In this document: positions 12,231-25,419 of the stretch, piece after piece
How the letters are laid out: each line of letters opens with the position of its first letter
Numbering within the stretch: position 1 is the stretch's first letter
Assembly: GCA_030390025.1 (NCBI GenBank)
Contig: CM059431.1
Coordinates: 131,442,001 to 131,506,000 of the forward strand
DNA: 64,000 nt
Source of the DNA: Squalus acanthias
Taxonomy: Eukaryota
Direction: 5' to 3'
Position numbers and translations under genes: made by a program
The notes under the pieces: generated by a model
The model's input: the letters and a program-made list of their open reading frames with translations, nothing else
The model's database searches: none
What the model was told of the DNA's origin: nothing

Positions 12231-13453
12231 ATGGTACCATTTATACCCTCCCATCCTGGTCCTCAGAATCGGAGGAAGAGCAGCCGCGGCAGCAGCAGAA
12301 CCAGGCACAACAGCAGCACCAACAACACGAGCGCCAACCTCCTCCTCACCCACCTGATGCTGCACAGGGCAGAGGGCATCAGCGCAGGGCTGCACCTCGC
12401 CGCAGGAGATACCCCCAACACAGGGTTTACAGGCCGAGATTGAACTTCCTCAACTTGACTGAGCAGCAGTGCCAAAGGAGGCTGAGACTTTCGCGAGAGG
12501 TAGTCACTAACATCTGTGCAATGCTGCAGCAACACCTGGAGCCCAGAGGAGTGGGTGGGCACCCCTTACCAGTGGCTGTCAAAGTCACCATCGCCCTCAA
12601 TTTTTTTGCTTCAGGGTCCTTCCAAGGATCATCAGCAGACATCATCAGCAGCATCTCCCAGTCGGCTGCACAAACTTGCATCACGCAGGTTACCGATGCC
12701 CTCTTTGCAAAGGCGCACAATTACATCCACTTATCCATGGATGAAGCAAGTGTAACCGCACGTGCGGTTGGCTTTGCAAAGATGGCAGGTTTGCCAAGGG
12801 TGCAGGGCGTCGTAGACTGCACACATATGGCCATTAGGGCACCCCATCACAACCCAGCTGTATTTGTCAACCGCAAGGGCTTCCACTCCCTTAAAGTCCA
12901 GCTGGTGTGTAACCACAGGAAGAACATTATGTATGTTTGCGCCAAGTTCCCTGGCAGTTGCCATGACTCGTTCATCCTGCGGCAGTCTACTGTGCCTCAG
13001 CTGTTCAATCCGCCAACCCAACTTTCCAGATGGCTGCTTGGAGACAAGGGCTATCCCCTGACGACGTGGCTAATGACGCCGTTGAGGAGGCCATCAAATG
13101 AAGCAGAGGAGCGCTACAATGCAAGCCACATTTCCACCAGAGCCATCATCGAGCAAACCATTGGCATGCTCAAAATGCGATTCAGATGCCTCGACAGATC
13201 AGGTGGAGCCCTACAGTACTCACCAGCCAGGGTCTCCAGAATCATCATGGTCTGCTGTGCACTGCACAACATCGCACAGCATCGTGGCTTACCGCTGCCT
13301 GAGGAACAAGTGGCTCAGCGCACAGCCTCCTCCTCCTCCTCCTCCTCAGAGGAGGAAGACATTGCGGAGGCGGATGTGCCAGTTCCACCAGCACGCGAGC
13401 ACATTGCTGGCCATGATGCAAGGGATGCACTCATTTATGCCAGATTCGCTTAA
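12231..13453 (+). CDS. Harbinger DDE transposase (HARBI1-like family); probable 1-nt frameshift just after the ATG
   Basis: Stop-free frame 12215-13453; catalytic motifs [30 protein letters not shown]-terminal [16 protein letters not shown] at 12231 is out of frame with this ORF. Confidence 0.92.
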
Positions 13454-13716
13454 GTATACGAAGCAAACACATGTGGCTGCCACCTTCTTAACACACCATA
13501 CACAATCTGTACAATAAACTGTGGGTTCCTATCACTCTCACCACCATCATTACAAATGAAAGGCGCCCTGACACCTCACTGTGACACTTCCATTTCTGGG
13601 CACACATAGGCCAACTCTTTGAATGTTTGCCATCGCATTTGTTTATTACAATTGAAATGCCGATCATTATTTTAAATATGTATTACATCAAAACACCCAA
13701 GTGACTACCCTTGTGA

Positions 13717-15535
13717 CTATTTGTGTGGTAACTTTCTCTTATGCGTGCTTCTATGTGATGCTTCCCCTGTGGCTTCAGCAGATGTGGAGGTACCTTGCTC
13801 ACTTTCATGCTGCTCCTGCTTCGACACCTTTGGTGGGCGACCTCTGGGTTTGCGAGCCTGGGAGGGCTTGGCAACAGTCTGCTCCTCCTGCGGCTGTGCA
13901 GAGGCTGAGACGGCCATCTCAGTTAGGTGAGGAATCTGGTGGGGCTCTGACCGAGGGCTCCGCAGTGGCATGGGAGTTTGAGCACTTGGAGAGGAGCCCA
14001 CACTTCCTTGTTGCCTGCCACCAACATCCCTCTCATGGGTCAGTCGCACTTCAGTGCTAGCAAGTGGCTGGACAGCACCTTGCTGCACATCAGGGGGGCC
14101 GTGAGGACCCGTCTTTGTACTGACAGTCCTCATAACAAGGACGTCCATGAACCTCTGCTGTCTCTCCTCAAATAGATGTCCATCTCTCCTCCATAGCAGA
14201 CAATCTATTTTGAAGAGTGACCATGTTTTCGTTAGTCTGGCGAATTATGTCCTCCATGGCGGTTGCCACCCTCTCCATGGCGGAATGTTCATGTGCCACT
14301 GCCTCCACAAAGGCAGTGCTCATGTTCGAGATGGACTCCTCCATTCTCTGCACACTCGCAGTTACCCTGGATGCAAAACCTGTCAGAGACTCCTGCACTT
14401 GTTCCTGGAGTTCCAGCACCGCTCTCTACCATCTGCTGATGCTCACTTGTGAGCTGTGATACCCCAGGTGACAACACTACTCTTATCTCGCGAAGGACCC
14501 ACCGAGGTGCACGTCTCTGCGCTGGTGCTGGGTGCGCTCAATTCTGCTGACGCTGCGCCCTCAGAGGTTGCAGCTTCCTCTGAGGAGTCTTCCAGCTCTT
14601 CCTCCTGGACAGTGGGGAGGGGGGCCCTTGATGGTCCTGTGTGGGAGTAAAGGCATGAGTTAGACATGTGATATTAACGTAGCACACACATCGACTTGTG
14701 CAGATGATCATAACTCAATCTGTATGAGCATCAGATGCCAGATCAGTCACTCATGCAATCTAAATGAGAGGGCTGCAAATCTATTCTGTCACCAGCTTGC
14801 TCTACTGCGCCCGTTTGACCCTCCCCCACTTCCAGATCCTCAGCACCTCCGACGAAGTCCAGAGCAGCCTCCTCAGCGGTGGTCAACTGGGCAATCGAAG
14901 GTGGCCCTCCTCCTGTCCAGCCCCTCTTCCTCTTATTGTGGGCTCTCTTTTCCTGCAATGAGGGAGACAAGTGGAGTTTGAGTGAGGATGTTGGAGTGAG
15001 TGTAGAGAATCCATAGCATAGATGCTTAGAGGGAGACAAAGATGGAGTGAGGTGCCAATACCAAGGGCCCTCCCTGTGCGTTGTTAGTTGTTGTCATTGC
15101 ATAACAGTGATAGCGAGTGTGAGGGCTGCATAGTGGAATATATGAAGTGATTCTGTACATAGAGAGAGAGGGATGGTTAAGGGTGCAAGGGATGTAAGGT
15201 TAAAGTGGGATGTGCAGGAGTAGGTTGACAATGCAGAGTGCTGGTGATGAGAGGTGATGGGGAGCAGATTGAAGTAAGTGTGATGTTATACTCACTTTTG
15301 CTGAGCGGAGCAGACCATTGAATCTTTTGCGGCACTGAACCCAGGTGCGTGAACACAAGGACCTGGCGCTCACCTCCTCAGCAATTTGCAGCCAGGCTAC
15401 GTTGGTTTGCTGTGGAGGCTTCCTCCATCCATTTGAGGGGAACAGTACCTCTTTGTGCCCTCTCACTCCCTCCACAAGAGCATGGAGGGAGTCATCATCA
15501 AATCTGGGAGAGGCCTTGGCTCTTACAGCAGTCAT
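13717..15535 (-). pseudogene. Harbinger Myb/SANT-like accessory protein; exons 15535-15296, 14952-14793, 14636-13717; exon 3 frameshifted
   Basis: PRFDDDSLHALVEGV...WLQIAEEV...RTWVQCRKRFNGL; canonical GT-AG introns with matching phases 0 and 1; coiled-coil-like segment and basic C-terminus. Confidence 0.9.
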
Positions 15536-16433
15536 TTTCACAAGTGGTACACTGAGAAGCAGCAGGAAAGGATGGATGAAAAGCAAGGCGGCATGGGCCC
15601 CTCAAATGCAGCTGGCTGACAGACGTCAGCAGAGGCGAGCAGCAGACCCGAACCCACTGATTGGGACGGGTATGGCACGGAGACCTTAATCAGGCCGCTT
15701 AAGGGAAAATCTTAATTCCTGGGCGGCTGAAAGCGGCAGCGGGACCGGAACCCGCCGAACATCAAAGCCGCCTCCAACCCGCCTCCACTGAGAAAATCGC
15801 AGCCTATATATTGTTGGTTAATACTGGGACAGTATCAAACTCCTCTTGCACCATTCCAAAGTAAGTAGGAAGCCCCTTATGCCCGTATGTAGCTAGTGTG
15901 ATGCATCCATACCACCTCATTATGGCATTTCCAGTTTCCTACCTTACCTACGTCCTACATTTGTAATCTCACCAGAAAGGCAAAATTAGTCCCAACAAAT
16001 GCAGTTTTTTTCTTATAAGGATGAGATTACACAAACTTGTTTCATTCAATGAGGAGACTTGTATCCCATATGCAGGGCCTGAAATCAAATCTGGGTCTCT
16101 GGGGGTAAATAATAATGGTGAAACCTACTGCATTGCCTCATCCCTATAATCCATGAGAAATTCTATATTAATTATGTCCCATAGGCATTTGTTTCTTTCC
16201 CGTGCAAGTTGTATGTAGTTTTAATGTGCAGCCATTACTGTAGTAGGGATGACCATCTATGTGCCTGCCTGACTGTGGAGAAGAACAGCTGTAACATTAA
16301 ACCTACATGGATCAAATGTGATGAATTTCAAATAAATGATTTAACTTGGAGTATGGCCAGAAGAAAGCAGATTTCAAGTGTAAATTTACACATTCATAAT
16401 GGGGCTGGGGTCAGTAGCAGAGTGAGTACAAAA

Positions 16434-17981
16434 GGGGGAAATTTTAACCCCCAAGGAAGGGTGGATGGGGCGGTGGGTGTGCGGGTTAAATTCTTAAAAA
16501 TGGGAAACCAGATCCCAAGCAGCCCCGAACGCATCTATTCCGGTTTAACCAGGGCTGGTTAGGGGTTGGGCAAGTAATCTGCTCGCAAGAGGTGGGTCTG
16601 CAATTATAATATTTAAATGAGGCAGCATGCCGGGTTTCCCAGGGCTTGGAAAACCTGGCAACTAAAGGGAGGCAAGAACTGCCGGATCCAGCAGTTGATT
16701 GCTATTCCAGCACTGCTTGTGGGCCCACCCCCCGCGATCCAAACTTCACCCCCCCGCGATCCAAAATTTACCCCCCCCCCGCGATCCAAACTTCTCTACC
16801 ACCCCCCCCCGCGATCCAAACTTCACCCCCCGCGATCCAAACTTCACCCCCCCCCGCGATCCAAACTTCACCCCCCCGCGATCCAAACTTCACCCCCCGC
16901 GATCCAAACTTCTCTACCACCCCCACCCCGCGATCCAAACTTCACCCCCCGCGATCCAAACTTCACCCCCCCGCGATCCAAACTTCACCCCCCCGCGATC
17001 CAGACTTCACCCCCCCGCGATCCAGACTTCACCCCCCCGCGATCCAAACTTCACCCCCCCGCGATCCAAACTTCACCCCCCGCGATCCGAACTTCACCCC
17101 CCCGCGATCCGAACTTCTCTACCACCCCCACCCCGCGATCCAAACTTCACCCCCCGCGATCCAAACTTCACCCCCCTGCGATCCAAACTTCACCTCCCCG
17201 CGATCCAAACTTCACCCCCCCGCGATCCAAACTTCACCCCCCCGCGATCCGAACTTCACCCCCCCGCGATCCGAACTTCTCTACCAGCCCCACCCCGCGA
17301 TCCGAACTTCTCCCCCCACGATCCGAACTTCTCTACCAGCCCCACCCAGCGATCCGAAATTCATCCCCCGCGATCCAAACTTCGCCCCCCCCGAAATTCA
17401 AACTTCTCACCCCCCCCGAAATCCAAACTTCACCCCCCCCGATCCAAACTTCTCTACCACCCCCCCCCCCCGAAATCCAAACTTCACCCCCCCCGCGATC
17501 CAAACTTCACCCCCCCGATCCAAACTTCTCTACCACCCCCCCCGAAATCCAAACTTCACCCCCCCCCGCGATCCGAACTTCTCTACCACCCCCCCACCGA
17601 AATCCAAACTTCACCCCCCCCGAAATCCAAACTTCACCCCTCCCATGATCCGAACTTCTCTACCACCCACCCCCCCGCAATCCAAACTTCACCCTCCCCC
17701 GCGATCCGAACTTCTCTACCACCCCCCCAACGATCCGAACTTCACCCCCTGCGATTTCTCCCACCTCTCCGATCCCTGGCTGCGGTCTGCTACCACAGGC
17801 CTTCCAGACCGACAGTCGGCCAGTTGTGGGGGGGGAAGGGTGGGAGGAACGGAGAAAAAATTTCATATGTGGTCCTGCCGTTACATTCGGGAAAACTGCT
17901 GCATTCCCCATAATTCTGGGTTTCCCGGCCGTTAAAAGTCGTCCCCCGCTCTCTCCCTGTCTCCTTGTAAATATTGGGGCC
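16434..17981. mobile_element. Harbinger-type MITE containing an expanded minisatellite
   Basis: Left end GGGGGAAATTTTAAC; right end ambiguous (17947 or 17981); no exact TSD. Confidence 0.5.
16728..17755. repeat. C-rich variant minisatellite, core (C)nGCGATCCAAACTTCA with longer CTTCTCTACCA variants
   Basis: Direct tandem repeats of about 20-35 bp. Confidence 0.95.
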
Positions 17982-18598
17982 ATAATCTCTGTGGAGAGAA
18001 AGTGTGTACATTCTGTATATGTATCTTCCAGCCACAGCAGAAGCACTTGCTAAGATTTGGAAGCAGTGGGGCCCAGGGTGACTTCCCCATTTGCAACTTT
18101 CTTGTAGCATTGTAATCTGTTTTCATTTTTTCAAAAAACTTCATAATATTTTTGACTTGAGCCCAACTCCTGTCAAAGCAAATGAAATCCTTCTCCCATG
18201 ATTGATGTAATTACAGTCTGCCACTTGACTTGCCTTCCTGTTTTTTACGTAGGTGCATAAATGTAATCCTTGAGCTGACCATTGTTTAGACCCTGAGGTA
18301 AATATGTGTTTAATTTGATTGAGAGAAAACTGCAGATAAGCACCTGCCTGCTCCAAGCATAATTTTGATGGAAAAAAGAGTTTCAGTGTACCAAACCACT
18401 ATAGTGGCAAAAAAAATCCTCGTCTAAGCAGGGCACTAACACACAACTTAACATGTTTGTCAATTGTCTTTTTTTTAAATGGTCAGAATACTAAATATAT
18501 TTTTCAGTCTACTGCCAGAGTTCACTGACAGGATAATAGCTTTTGTGTAAAACTGAACATCTGAATGATTAATTGTTACCAAGATCTGCAAACTAAAT

Positions 18599-19364
18599 GG
18601 CCCGGAATTTGTGGTCAGCGGCGAAGCAACAGCGATCGCCGCTGACCTTGAAGAAAGCTGCCCACAAAGATCTTGCGATCTCTGTGGCGAACACGTTAGC
18701 TTTCTCGATGTTAAATTGATTGTAGCTCGGTCAAAAGGGGATCCCTAGCGTAGAACAGCAGTGACGTCATCAAGTTGTCTAAACAGCCAATCACATTGAA
18801 GAATTCTCAGACAGCAAACTGGGAAATAAGAAGCACTGATTATCATTTCACTTTTAAAATTTTTTACAGAGAGCGAAATAAAAACTGGGACATACACATG
18901 GGGTTAAGGTGGAAGTTGAAATATCATAAACATTTTTTTTAAAGTAAAAAAATATTTTTTATTATTTTAAAAATCTAATCATTTTTATCATAATGGAAAA
19001 ATTTGACATTCCACAAATATAAAATTCGTTTTTCAGGGCCAGAACAGTTGTTCAGCAGTCAATGCGCTGTTACAAGTCCAGTTACACCTATTTCAACAAG
19101 GTTTAACTTTTTATGGGGTGTTTAACAGTGATACTAGAGTGGAAAAGCTTAAGTTTTTATCAGTTCAACTAATTTCACTGATTCCTGGCTATGGGGAGTT
19201 CCACAGCGCAGCCTGTGGCGGAGCAGGGAATGACTGACTACAACTTCAGGATTTCTGTGTTTATCTGCGCATACGCTAAATCCTGAAGTTACGGTCAATT
19301 TCAGATGGGTAATGACGGCGAACGCTGACAGTTTCGGCATCATTACCACTGCAAAATCTGGGCC
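18599..19364. mobile_element. Non-autonomous Harbinger (MITE)
   Basis: TIR GGCCCGGAATTT / AAAATCTGGGCC, TSD AAT. Confidence 0.82.
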
Positions 19365-19419
19365 AATATTTCTTATTTCCAACTAATAGAATTTTTGAAC
19401 CCAGCATAACTCTGATTCA

Positions 19420-19517
19420 AAGAAAGAAAGACTTGCATTTATATAGCGCTTTTCACGACCACCGGACGTCTCAAAGCACTTTACAAGTACTTTTGAAGTG
19501 GAGTCACTGTTGTAATG
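19420..19517 (-). mobile_element. Deu-SINE 3' tail fragment
   Basis: Matches 41133-41240. Confidence 0.85.
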
Positions 19518-20099
19518 TTATTTTCATCAGTTGTAGATTATTTATGATCTTTACTGTGAGACCAATGGAAGATCCTTTAGGTATAAATGAATGTTTCAAT
19601 CATTTATACCTGACAGACCTTTACTAAAGTTAAACTTAAACCCGTGAATGGTAGGTTAATTTGAAGTGAAAATAACTAATATTGCTGTTAACTTTCATAA
19701 ACCTTCCTGATGCTTCTAATCATTTGGGAACACCTATTGCGAACTTTAGAAAATACTGACAATGAACAGAGAGATACCTGGAACATATGCTCGCAAACTG
19801 AGAGCAGTACCCCTTCTTAATTTCTGCACCAGATTATAAAAACATTATACATGTCCATGGGATATATTTGCCTCCATATTGTGAGTGTCTTCTCTGACTT
19901 CATTGCATTTCTAGCTAACATATCTAAGTCCTAAAGCTTGGGAAGTCTTCTGGGCAGTGCACAGATAAGTGCCTCCAAGTGTTACCATAACATTATAAAT
20001 GCTGCAGGAGAGTTGAGTAGCTGCCCTCTACTTCCAAGGCAGCAAACAACTGAGTATGCCATCAAAGAGTCCTAGCAAAACTGAAATCAGCGGGGATCA

Positions 20100-21195
20100 A
20101 AGAGAAAGCTCTCTAATGGCTGGAGTCATACTTAACATAAAGCATTATGGATATGCTTGTTGAAGGCCAGCCATCTCAGCCCTGGCATATCACCACAGGA
20201 GTTCCTCAGGGCAGCGTCCTTGGCTCAACCATTTTCAGCTGCTTCATCCATGATCTTCCCTCCATCATAAGGTCAGGGCCTGTTCGCTGATAATTCCACA
20301 ATGTTCATATCCATTCACAACTCCTCCTATAATGAACAGCCCATTTCAGGCTACAGCAGGACCTGGATAACATCCAAGCCTGGGCTGGCAAGTGTCAGGT
20401 AATACTTCCGCCACAATAGTGGCAAGAGGAGGTGGTAATGGGACAGGTTCGGCACTCTACAGCCCTCTGGACTCAACATAGAGTTCAACAATTTCAGATC
20501 ATAACCCCGGCCCCTATCACATATATATATATATATATATTTTTTTTTATCCACACTTTTTGTTTGGCCTTTTTTTCTTCCCTCCCACAGGGCAGCTGTC
20601 CTTCTTTCTGCCAGCGCAATTCACACTTCATCTAGAGCCATCCTTTGTTCCTTAACCTGTCACATTACCACCTCCTCTTGCCTTGAATATCTCTTAATGT
20701 CTCTTAATCTCTCCTGCTTTCTATCCTATCTCTGACCTTCCCTTTTGTTCTTTCATCCCCTCCCCCTTTTCCCAGCCCCTAAACTTGCTTTAAAATCTAT
20801 TCCATTTCCTGCTTTTTTCCAGTTCTGACAAAAGGTCTTCGACCTGAACCGTTAACTCTGTTTCTCTCTCCACGGATGCTGCCTGGCCTGCTGAGTTTTT
20901 CCAGCGTTTTCTGTTGTTATTTCGGATTTCCAGCATCCGCAGTATTTTGCTATTGTATTACTTTGACAGCATCTCCCTCCCTGTGATCTCTACCACTGAG
21001 AAAGAGAAAAGCAGCAATGTCTTGGGAACCACATCACTTCCAAGTTCCCTTCCAAGTTGCTCACCATTCTAACTTTGGCATATATTGCTGATCCTTCATC
21101 ATTACTGGGTCAATGTTCTGGAATTCTCAAGCTAACACCATTGTTGGAGCACCGTCATTAGATGGAGAAGGCCTACCACCATCTTCCCAACAACC
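20100..21195 (+). mobile_element. Decayed CR1/L2-group LINE (same family as 35855-37415), interrupted by a Penelope fragment
   Basis: GVPQGSVLGSTIFSCFIHDLP motif; 3' UTR similarity at 20960-21195. Confidence 0.75.
20445..20960 (+). mobile_element. Penelope-like element 3' fragment
   Basis: FGTLQPSGLNIEFNNFRS then tail with mutated hammerhead core (CUGACAA, GAAC). Confidence 0.82.
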
Positions 21196-21885
21196 GTGTC
21201 TATTGCTCATTTTATTCACTAATATAAAATGCAATTAGCAGCATCGGGATTCTCATTTGGATAGTGGCTAACGTATTGAACAGCAATGGTTTAAATACAC
21301 TGGACACTGGGCACAGATTCCTGCAATGTGCAGTGCAATGATTCCATGATTGGAAACTTGTCTGTGCGCAGAATGGAAATAAAAAGAATTTTAAATTCCA
21401 TCAAGCACAAATTCCATTTTAATATCTCAGAAATAAGTGGATTTGAATTTTCTAAGTTGAAGCTGCTTATTTTATTGAGCACTAACAGTTTCAACAACAG
21501 AAAAGTAATGAGATTATTCAGTTTTGAAAAAACATATAAATATACCTAACTGAATTCTCTAGATCTAATACAGACGGTCAGTCCCAGAGTCTGGGTTTGA
21601 ATTCCTGACAATCATATTTTTCTTCACAATCATTTCTACTGACTTTTCAGAAATAGATTTTTGTGGGAGCTCCCCAGTATGTACTTCAGAGCATTTACTG
21701 AGGGTGTGTGAAAATCTGAGGTTAAGTAAAGAACTACTCAGTTCCTAAAAGAAGGAAAAGCACTGATGTAATTTGAGCTGGAATCCTGAATTGAAATTTT
21801 TATTAAAAAAAACTGCATACAGAAAATATTTGGAGATAAATGATACAGTAGGTTTGATTCATTCAATTTTTAAAAAGTTGTTTTT

Positions 21886-22640
21886 TTTATTCATTCACGG
21901 GATCTGGGCTTCGCTGGCAAGACCAGCATTTATTGCCCATCCCTAATTGCCCTTGAAAAGGTGGTGGTGAGCCGCCTTCTTGAACCCCAGCAGTCCGTGT
22001 GGTGAAGGTACTCCCACAGCGCTGTTAGGGAGTGAGTTCCAGGATTTTGATTCAGCGATGATGAAGGAACGGCGATATATTTCCAAGTCAGGATGGGGAA
22101 CTTAGAGGTGGTGGTGTTCCCATGCGCCTGCTGCCCTTGTCCTTTTAGGTGGTAGAATTCATGGGTTTGGAAGGTGCTGTGGAAGAAGCCTTGGCGAGTT
22201 GCTGCAGTGCATCTTGTAGATGGTACACACTGCAGCCGCGGCGCGCCGGTGGTGGAGGGAGTAAATGTTTAAGGAGGTGGATGGGGTGCCAGTCAAGCGG
22301 GCTGCTTTGTCCTGGATGGTGTTGAGCCTCTTGGGTGTTGTTGGAGCTGCACGCATCGAGGTAAGTGGAGAGTATTCCATCACACTCCTTACTTGTGCCT
22401 TGTAGATAGTGGAAAGGCTTTAGGGAGTCAGGAGGTGAGACACTCGCCGCAGAATAGCCAGCCTCTGACCTGCTCTTGTATGTGTCTGGTCCAGGTAGGT
22501 TTCTGGTCAATGGTGACCCCCAGGATGTTGATGGTGGGGGATTCAACGATGGTAATGTCAAGATGAGGTGGTTAGACTCCCTTGTTGGAGATAGTCATTG
22601 CCTGGCACTTGTGTGACGCGAATGTTACTTGCCACTTATC
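21886..22640 (-). mobile_element. CR1/L2-group LINE 3' end (TGAA tail)
   Basis: Reverse-complement match to 36900-37415; MEYSPLTSMRAAPTT...IQDKAARL peptide. Confidence 0.88.
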
Positions 22641-23323
22641 AGTTATTTGTTACAGTAATTGCTGTATGCTTGTGGCTCATGCTGTCAATCTGTTTTCTTC
22701 TACGTGTATTTACCCAAGTGTATCCTTCAATTTTAAATAAATGGAAAAAACCTTTAGCTTTCAATGTAATGGAGTGTTATAATCACATATGTGCTGTCTG
22801 TGATGAGGTAAAAAGCTCAAGAGGAAAGATTTTCATATTGTGCAACCTATTACTGTATGCATCATGAAACCTTTAAGGTCCAGTTTTCATCTCTGTGCAT
22901 AGGAGATAAATTTGTGTACTGTGGGTTCATGCACAGAAACCCTATTTTGGTGCTGAATGGGGCACATGATAATAGCAACCTGAATAAAGGGTATCTGATG
23001 AGGGGATCAGATGTACAATTTATTTTCAACTAGTGGGTTAATTGATAATGTTTCAAAGTGCTGTATAGTCTGTATCCCACTGATCTTAATTGTGTATTCT
23101 ATTCACACCACACATTCCTTCAGGAATTAAAATGATACAAATTAAACACAATTTTTATGTTAATTTGGAACTACATTAATATGCAGATTGGAGGCGGTTC
23201 CAGTGACATCACTGAGTTTTTTGACGTGTTAGTTCTCAACTGTGACATGATTGTCAAAAGGTGCAGATTATGTATTTCATGATGTTTTAAATGGGTGCAT
23301 CTGCCCAAGAGTGGAGGCTTCAG

Positions 23324-23338
23324 AGCGCCCCCTTCAGG
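23324..23338 (-). promoter_or_regulatory. Candidate CTCF site
   Basis: CCTGAAGGGGGCGCT matches 13 of 15 positions of the CCASYAGRKGGCRSY core, in non-repeat sequence; motif only. Confidence 0.3.
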
Positions 23339-25419
23339 CTCATTGCTCTCCCACTTGCTGTTTTTTTTAAGTTTTCCCTTACTATGACTTGTGGATCATT
23401 ATTCTCGTGTTCTCAGTTCATGTGATTGCTCATCCTATTAGCCAAACCTCACACAACAGAACAATGTGCTCAATCCTATCTGATAATAAACCAATTCTTC
23501 AACAATGTATTCATCTGCAAATAAATAAAGACCCCCTTACCAAAACCTCTCCTGTCCAATCCCATTGCACAAAATGACTGACTGTAACAAAATAGAATTC
23601 TGAACCCAGCATAAGCTGCTTTTCAGTTATCTTTAATGGTTAGCATACTACATGCTCAACACAATCGTTAATCCACCAGTACCTTTCTACTGAAGACAGA
23701 AACATATTGTAAAAGCTGCATCGATCTCCAATTTCAGATTTTTTTTTGTGGTTTTAGATTTTGTAATGTCAATGAATTCTGATGATTTTTGTAGGTTTCA
23801 TAAAACATTACACAAAACACAGTTCAAAAAAATCTAACATTCTGCACCGATTGTACATTTTCAGATAAGATGTTAATTGTCATGGTATTATGTTCAATTT
23901 AGTAAGATTAATAACGCAACAGTCTAGCCATATAATTGAGGCTGGGGCTCTTACCGAATATTCTTTTTCAGGTTTATGACCATAGTATGCTTAATTTTAA
24001 CTCTTCTGCTTGCCTGACCCCTCTCTTTCCCCATCATATTGTTGTCCCCTTTTTCTATCTCTCCTCTATTTGTGTTATTTTAACTTTACATTTATTTCTA
24101 ATTATTAACCCTGTTTTATCCATTCCATTCATTTAAATGGTTGGGAAATTGTGGGAAGTGCCTTCCAAGTTTCCAAGTGTGTTGGCGAAAGACGAGGATT
24201 CCTGCCCGCAACTCTGATGTGAAATTATCCTTTTTCTATTTGTTAATATTAAAACACTTTGCTTACAGTGGAGTTTTTTCTACACACTGGCTCTATTTTC
24301 TATTTTGGATGTGGGACTTGCATCGAGAATTGACCTGTATGCGCTCAAAAGGTACAGCAAGGTCAACTTTTGGCATGCTTTACAGCATCAAACCAAGTAG
24401 ACTACCACAGGATGAAATATCTCATTATTGGCACCAGCAGCCAACCTCTCATGAGGCAACTCGCCTGCAGCATTTTAAGGATTGAATCCATAACTTGCCA
24501 AAAAAGTGAAATCAAAATTGAAGAATCTTCGTAATGAACTGTGTATTGTTCACTGCAGCTGTTAGAAATATTAACAATTTTGGTTTAAAACCTAGTTAGT
24601 AAATTTAGTTACTGAATATTCCAGCTATTTGAAGCCTTGAGTTTTGTTATTCAGGTAGCTAGTTAACTGGTTGAAGTGGGAATAATTGTTTATGTATGTT
24701 GTACTCATGTAATTGTGATTATATATCGAGAATCTATGGGAAGCATTTAATACTTTTGTGATGGACTTGTTATTAAGTGTTAGACATTCCCCATTGTAGA
24801 CTTTGGGACCGATGATGCATAGAAACCACAGTGAGTCTGGCACTGTCTTTACCACAGAACCAAGACACTGACCTTGCTGGACAATGTGAGGTCAGGAAAT
24901 TAGTATTTTTACGGTCCTCCCATTGTGTTGTTCATGTCATGTTGGGAAAGCACTGAGGCAGTGGGTGCAGGATTTCTAACAGCAGCAGCTTGTGAAGACC
25001 TGCTGTCACTTTGACGTTTACATTCCTTTTGTGGTATGGGGGAAATGGCCTTGTAGAGGACAGCACTAGAATCAAATACGGCCATCTGAGGCAATAGTCT
25101 ATCAGCACCACATAGGATCAGCGGCCTTATTAGAAGGTCAGGGCCACCAGAGACACAAATATTTCCAAAACAATGTGGTCTGCCTTACAGTGCCCATGCA
25201 AGTCACAAAGCAGTCCTGTAACCAACAATTCATCCATTACTCATCCACCAATTGGTCCCCTTCAATTCATGTTTTCACAGTCATCGCCAAGCAACTGAAA
25301 AGGCGAGTTAACACCTGGCACGTAGGAATGGGCAGCACGGGAAAGTGGTGTAAATTAATACATTTTATGTGGTTTGATTTTTAAAAAAAGGAAAGTTAAT
25401 AACGTATTTTCACACATGT

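Larger units (their letters stand above)
11732..15804 (+). mobile_element. PIF/Harbinger transposon, full-length two-gene (autonomous-type) copy
   Basis: TIR GGCTGCAATTTT / AAAATCGCAGCC, TSD TAT; convergent transposase and Myb/SANT genes. Confidence 0.93.

Noticed and set aside
12231..15535. Host genes HARBI1 / NAIF1 / MSANTD
   Set aside because: Flanked by TIRs and TSD, frameshifted, with related copies in the same window.
16617..17935. Extensin-like proline-rich proteins
   Set aside because: Open in all three + frames because of the C-rich repeat; variable homopolymer lengths do not preserve frame.
24269..24351. Possible 83-nt host exon (AG...GT, two open frames)
   Set aside because: Weak donor and no recognisable protein similarity.
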